From: Mustelus asterias
Lineage: Eukaryota
Length of the DNA: 64,000 nt
Direction of reading: 5' to 3'
Assembly: GCF_964213995.1 (NCBI RefSeq)
Contig: NC_135805.1
Location: 45,198,001-45,262,000 of the forward strand
Shown here in pieces: positions 62,170 to 64,000 of the stretch (positions within the stretch are counted from its first letter, which is position 1; the number at the start of each line of letters is the position of its first letter). The translations under genes and the position numbers were made by a program. The notes beneath the pieces are model-generated. The model was not told where the DNA came from and did no database searches. It worked only from the letters and a program-made list of their open reading frames with translations.

Positions 62170-62682
62170 CCAGGACCATCAAGATCCTGGGGGTTAGCAT
62201 GGACCAGAAATTGAACTGGATCAGCCTTATAATGACCTTTGGTACAACAGCAAGCAGATCAGTGAGAATTCTGAGCTGAGTAACTCACGTCCTGAGTCCT
62301 CAAAACCTGCCCATTATCTACAAGGTACAAGTCAGGAGTATGATAAGATACTCTCCACCTGCCTGGATGAATGCAGCTCCAACAACACTCAAGAAGCTTG
62401 ACACCATCTGGAACAAAGCAGCCTGCTTGATTCGCACCCCATCTACCACCTTTTCTCCACTATCAAATCGCAGTGGCGGCAGTATGAACTATAAACAAGA
62501 CACACCAAAACCGTGACCATCATTAGTGAGAAAGACAAGGCGGCCAAAGCATTGGAACACCACCACCAACAAATTCCCCATCAAGCCATACGCCATCTTG
62601 ACTTTGAACTATACCACCGTCCCTTGATTGTCACTGGGTAAAAATCCTGCAACTCCCTTCTTAAACAGCACTGTGGATGTTG
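62170..62682 (+). mobile_element. L2/Crack-like LINE fragment
   Basis: Reads ILGVSMDQKLNW and IYKVQVRSMIRYSPPAWMNAAPTTLKKLDTI; homologous to 38840-39345. Confidence 0.8.
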
Positions 62683-62684
62683 TT

Positions 62685-62980
62685 ATAGAATCATAGAATC
62701 CTACAGTGCAGAAGGAGGCCATTCGGCCCATCGAGTCTGCACTGAACACAATCGCACCCAGGCCCTATCCCCATAACCCCATGCATTTACCCTAACTAGT
62801 CCTCCTAACACTAAAGGGCAATTTAGACTGTGTGAGGAAACTGGAGCACCCGGAGGAAACCCACGCAGACACCGGGAGAATGTGCAAACTCCACACAGAC
62901 AGTGACCCAAGCTGGGAATCGAATGTGGATCCCTGGCGCTGTGAGGCAGCAGTGCTAACCACTGTGCCACCGTGCCACCC
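62685..62980 (-). mobile_element. HE1-like V-SINE, tail A
   Basis: Tail ATAGAATCATAGAATCC, with core and head present. Confidence 0.9.
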
Positions 62981-63352
62981 TGTTACAAGCAGTCCCTGGG
63001 TGAGATCCCTAATTTGTTAACTCGACGAATAGGACCCCAATTTTGTTATGCCCACTTACAAATAGGAATTAATTGGTTCCTTTCTATATTCAGCAGCCCT
63101 CAAAAGTTGGTCGCAACAAGTTGAAAGTAAAAGGAATCCCCCACCGCCCCATGAACACCTTTTCCCAATCCAAAAATATATTTACATTTCAGGAGTCAAC
63201 TGAACCAGGATTTCTTGAGTCAAAGAAAGAGTAAGTTTATTTGTTTTTTAAAAAACCCTGAGAATAATAACAAAGAACACAATACATACATTCACACACT
63301 GATCAGTTTAAAGTCCTGATACAAGTTAAAATAAGAATAAGCAAATCAGTCC
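62981..63352. mobile_element. Possible LTR fragment
   Basis: Begins TGTTACA right after the SINE and has AATAAA on the minus strand near 63236. The other end is not seen. Confidence 0.3.
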
Positions 63353-63353
63353 T

Positions 63354-63835
63354 TAGGTTCACAAGAATGATCGCCGGAATGAAGGGTTTGTCATGTGAGG
63401 AATGTTTGAGGAGTCTGGGTCTATACTCGATGGAGTTTAGAAGGATGAGGGGGGATCTAATTGAAATTTACAGAATACTGCGAGACCTAGATAGAGTGGA
63501 CATGGAGAGGATGTTCGCACTAGTGGGAGAGATTAGAACTCGAGGGCACAACCTCAGAGTGAAGGGACGATCCTTTAAAATAGAGATAAGGAGAAATTTC
63601 TTCACCCAGAGGGTGGTGAATCTGTGGAACTCTTTGCCTCAGAGGGCTGTGGAGGCCAGGTCATTGAGTGCCTTTAAGACAGAGATAGCTAGGTTATTAA
63701 TCAATAAGGGGATCAGGAGTTATGGGGAGAAGGCAGAAGGATGGGGATGAGAATCATATCAGCCATGATTGAATGGTGGAGCAGACTCGATGGGCCTAAT
63801 GGCCTAATTCTGCTCCTATATCTTATGGTCTTATG
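63354..63835 (+). mobile_element. CR1 3' end
   Basis: ORF 63367-63750 and the tail TCTTATGGTCTTATGG. Confidence 0.92.
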
Positions 63836-64000
63836 GTGTCCGTGAATGTAAGTGGTGGTACATTGTGGCTGTGAAGTTGGGAGATTCTAATGGAGCTGAC
63901 TTTGGCAGGTGAGCAGTTAGTTTGGAGACAGTAGACTCTGCAGGGTGGCTGAAAAACTGTCCAATTTCCTTTAGCTTGTGGCTTTTGCTGAGTTTTCTTC

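Noticed and set aside
1-64000. CRISPR array, operon or prokaryotic defence system (retron, DGR, group II intron)
   Set aside because: There is no repeat-spacer array or gene-dense organisation. The RTs are eukaryotic non-LTR types with FADD motifs and LINE tails.

Overview
This is eukaryotic, repeat-dense DNA, not a prokaryotic locus. The repeat content (HE1-type V-SINEs, HER1/CR1 LINEs with (TTCTATG)n-type tails, Deu-domain SINEs) points to a cartilaginous fish, probably a shark; that assignment is inferred from remembered family motifs, not from a database search. I recognise no host protein-coding exon, so the window looks like a large intron or intergenic DNA. Nearly every ORF in the track is a piece of a retroelement or an antisense or chance frame. 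The window holds many 5'-truncated CR1 LINEs (one with an unbroken 713-aa RT-containing frame at 32576-34717), L2-like and RTE LINE relics, three tRNA-derived SINE types, four solo LTRs with 5-bp target-site duplications (TSDs), and PIF/Harbinger transposase and Myb/SANT relics with their MITEs. Most interesting: (1) short Penelope-type elements with hammerhead-ribozyme-like cores, several built as head-to-head palindromes; (2) one V-SINE body with two different LINE-type tails, one apparently bipartite; (3) a SINE and its partner LINE both in the window; (4) deep nesting of insertions; (5) repeat-free, motif-rich islands that may be enhancers. Boundaries of old elements were read by eye and are approximate.
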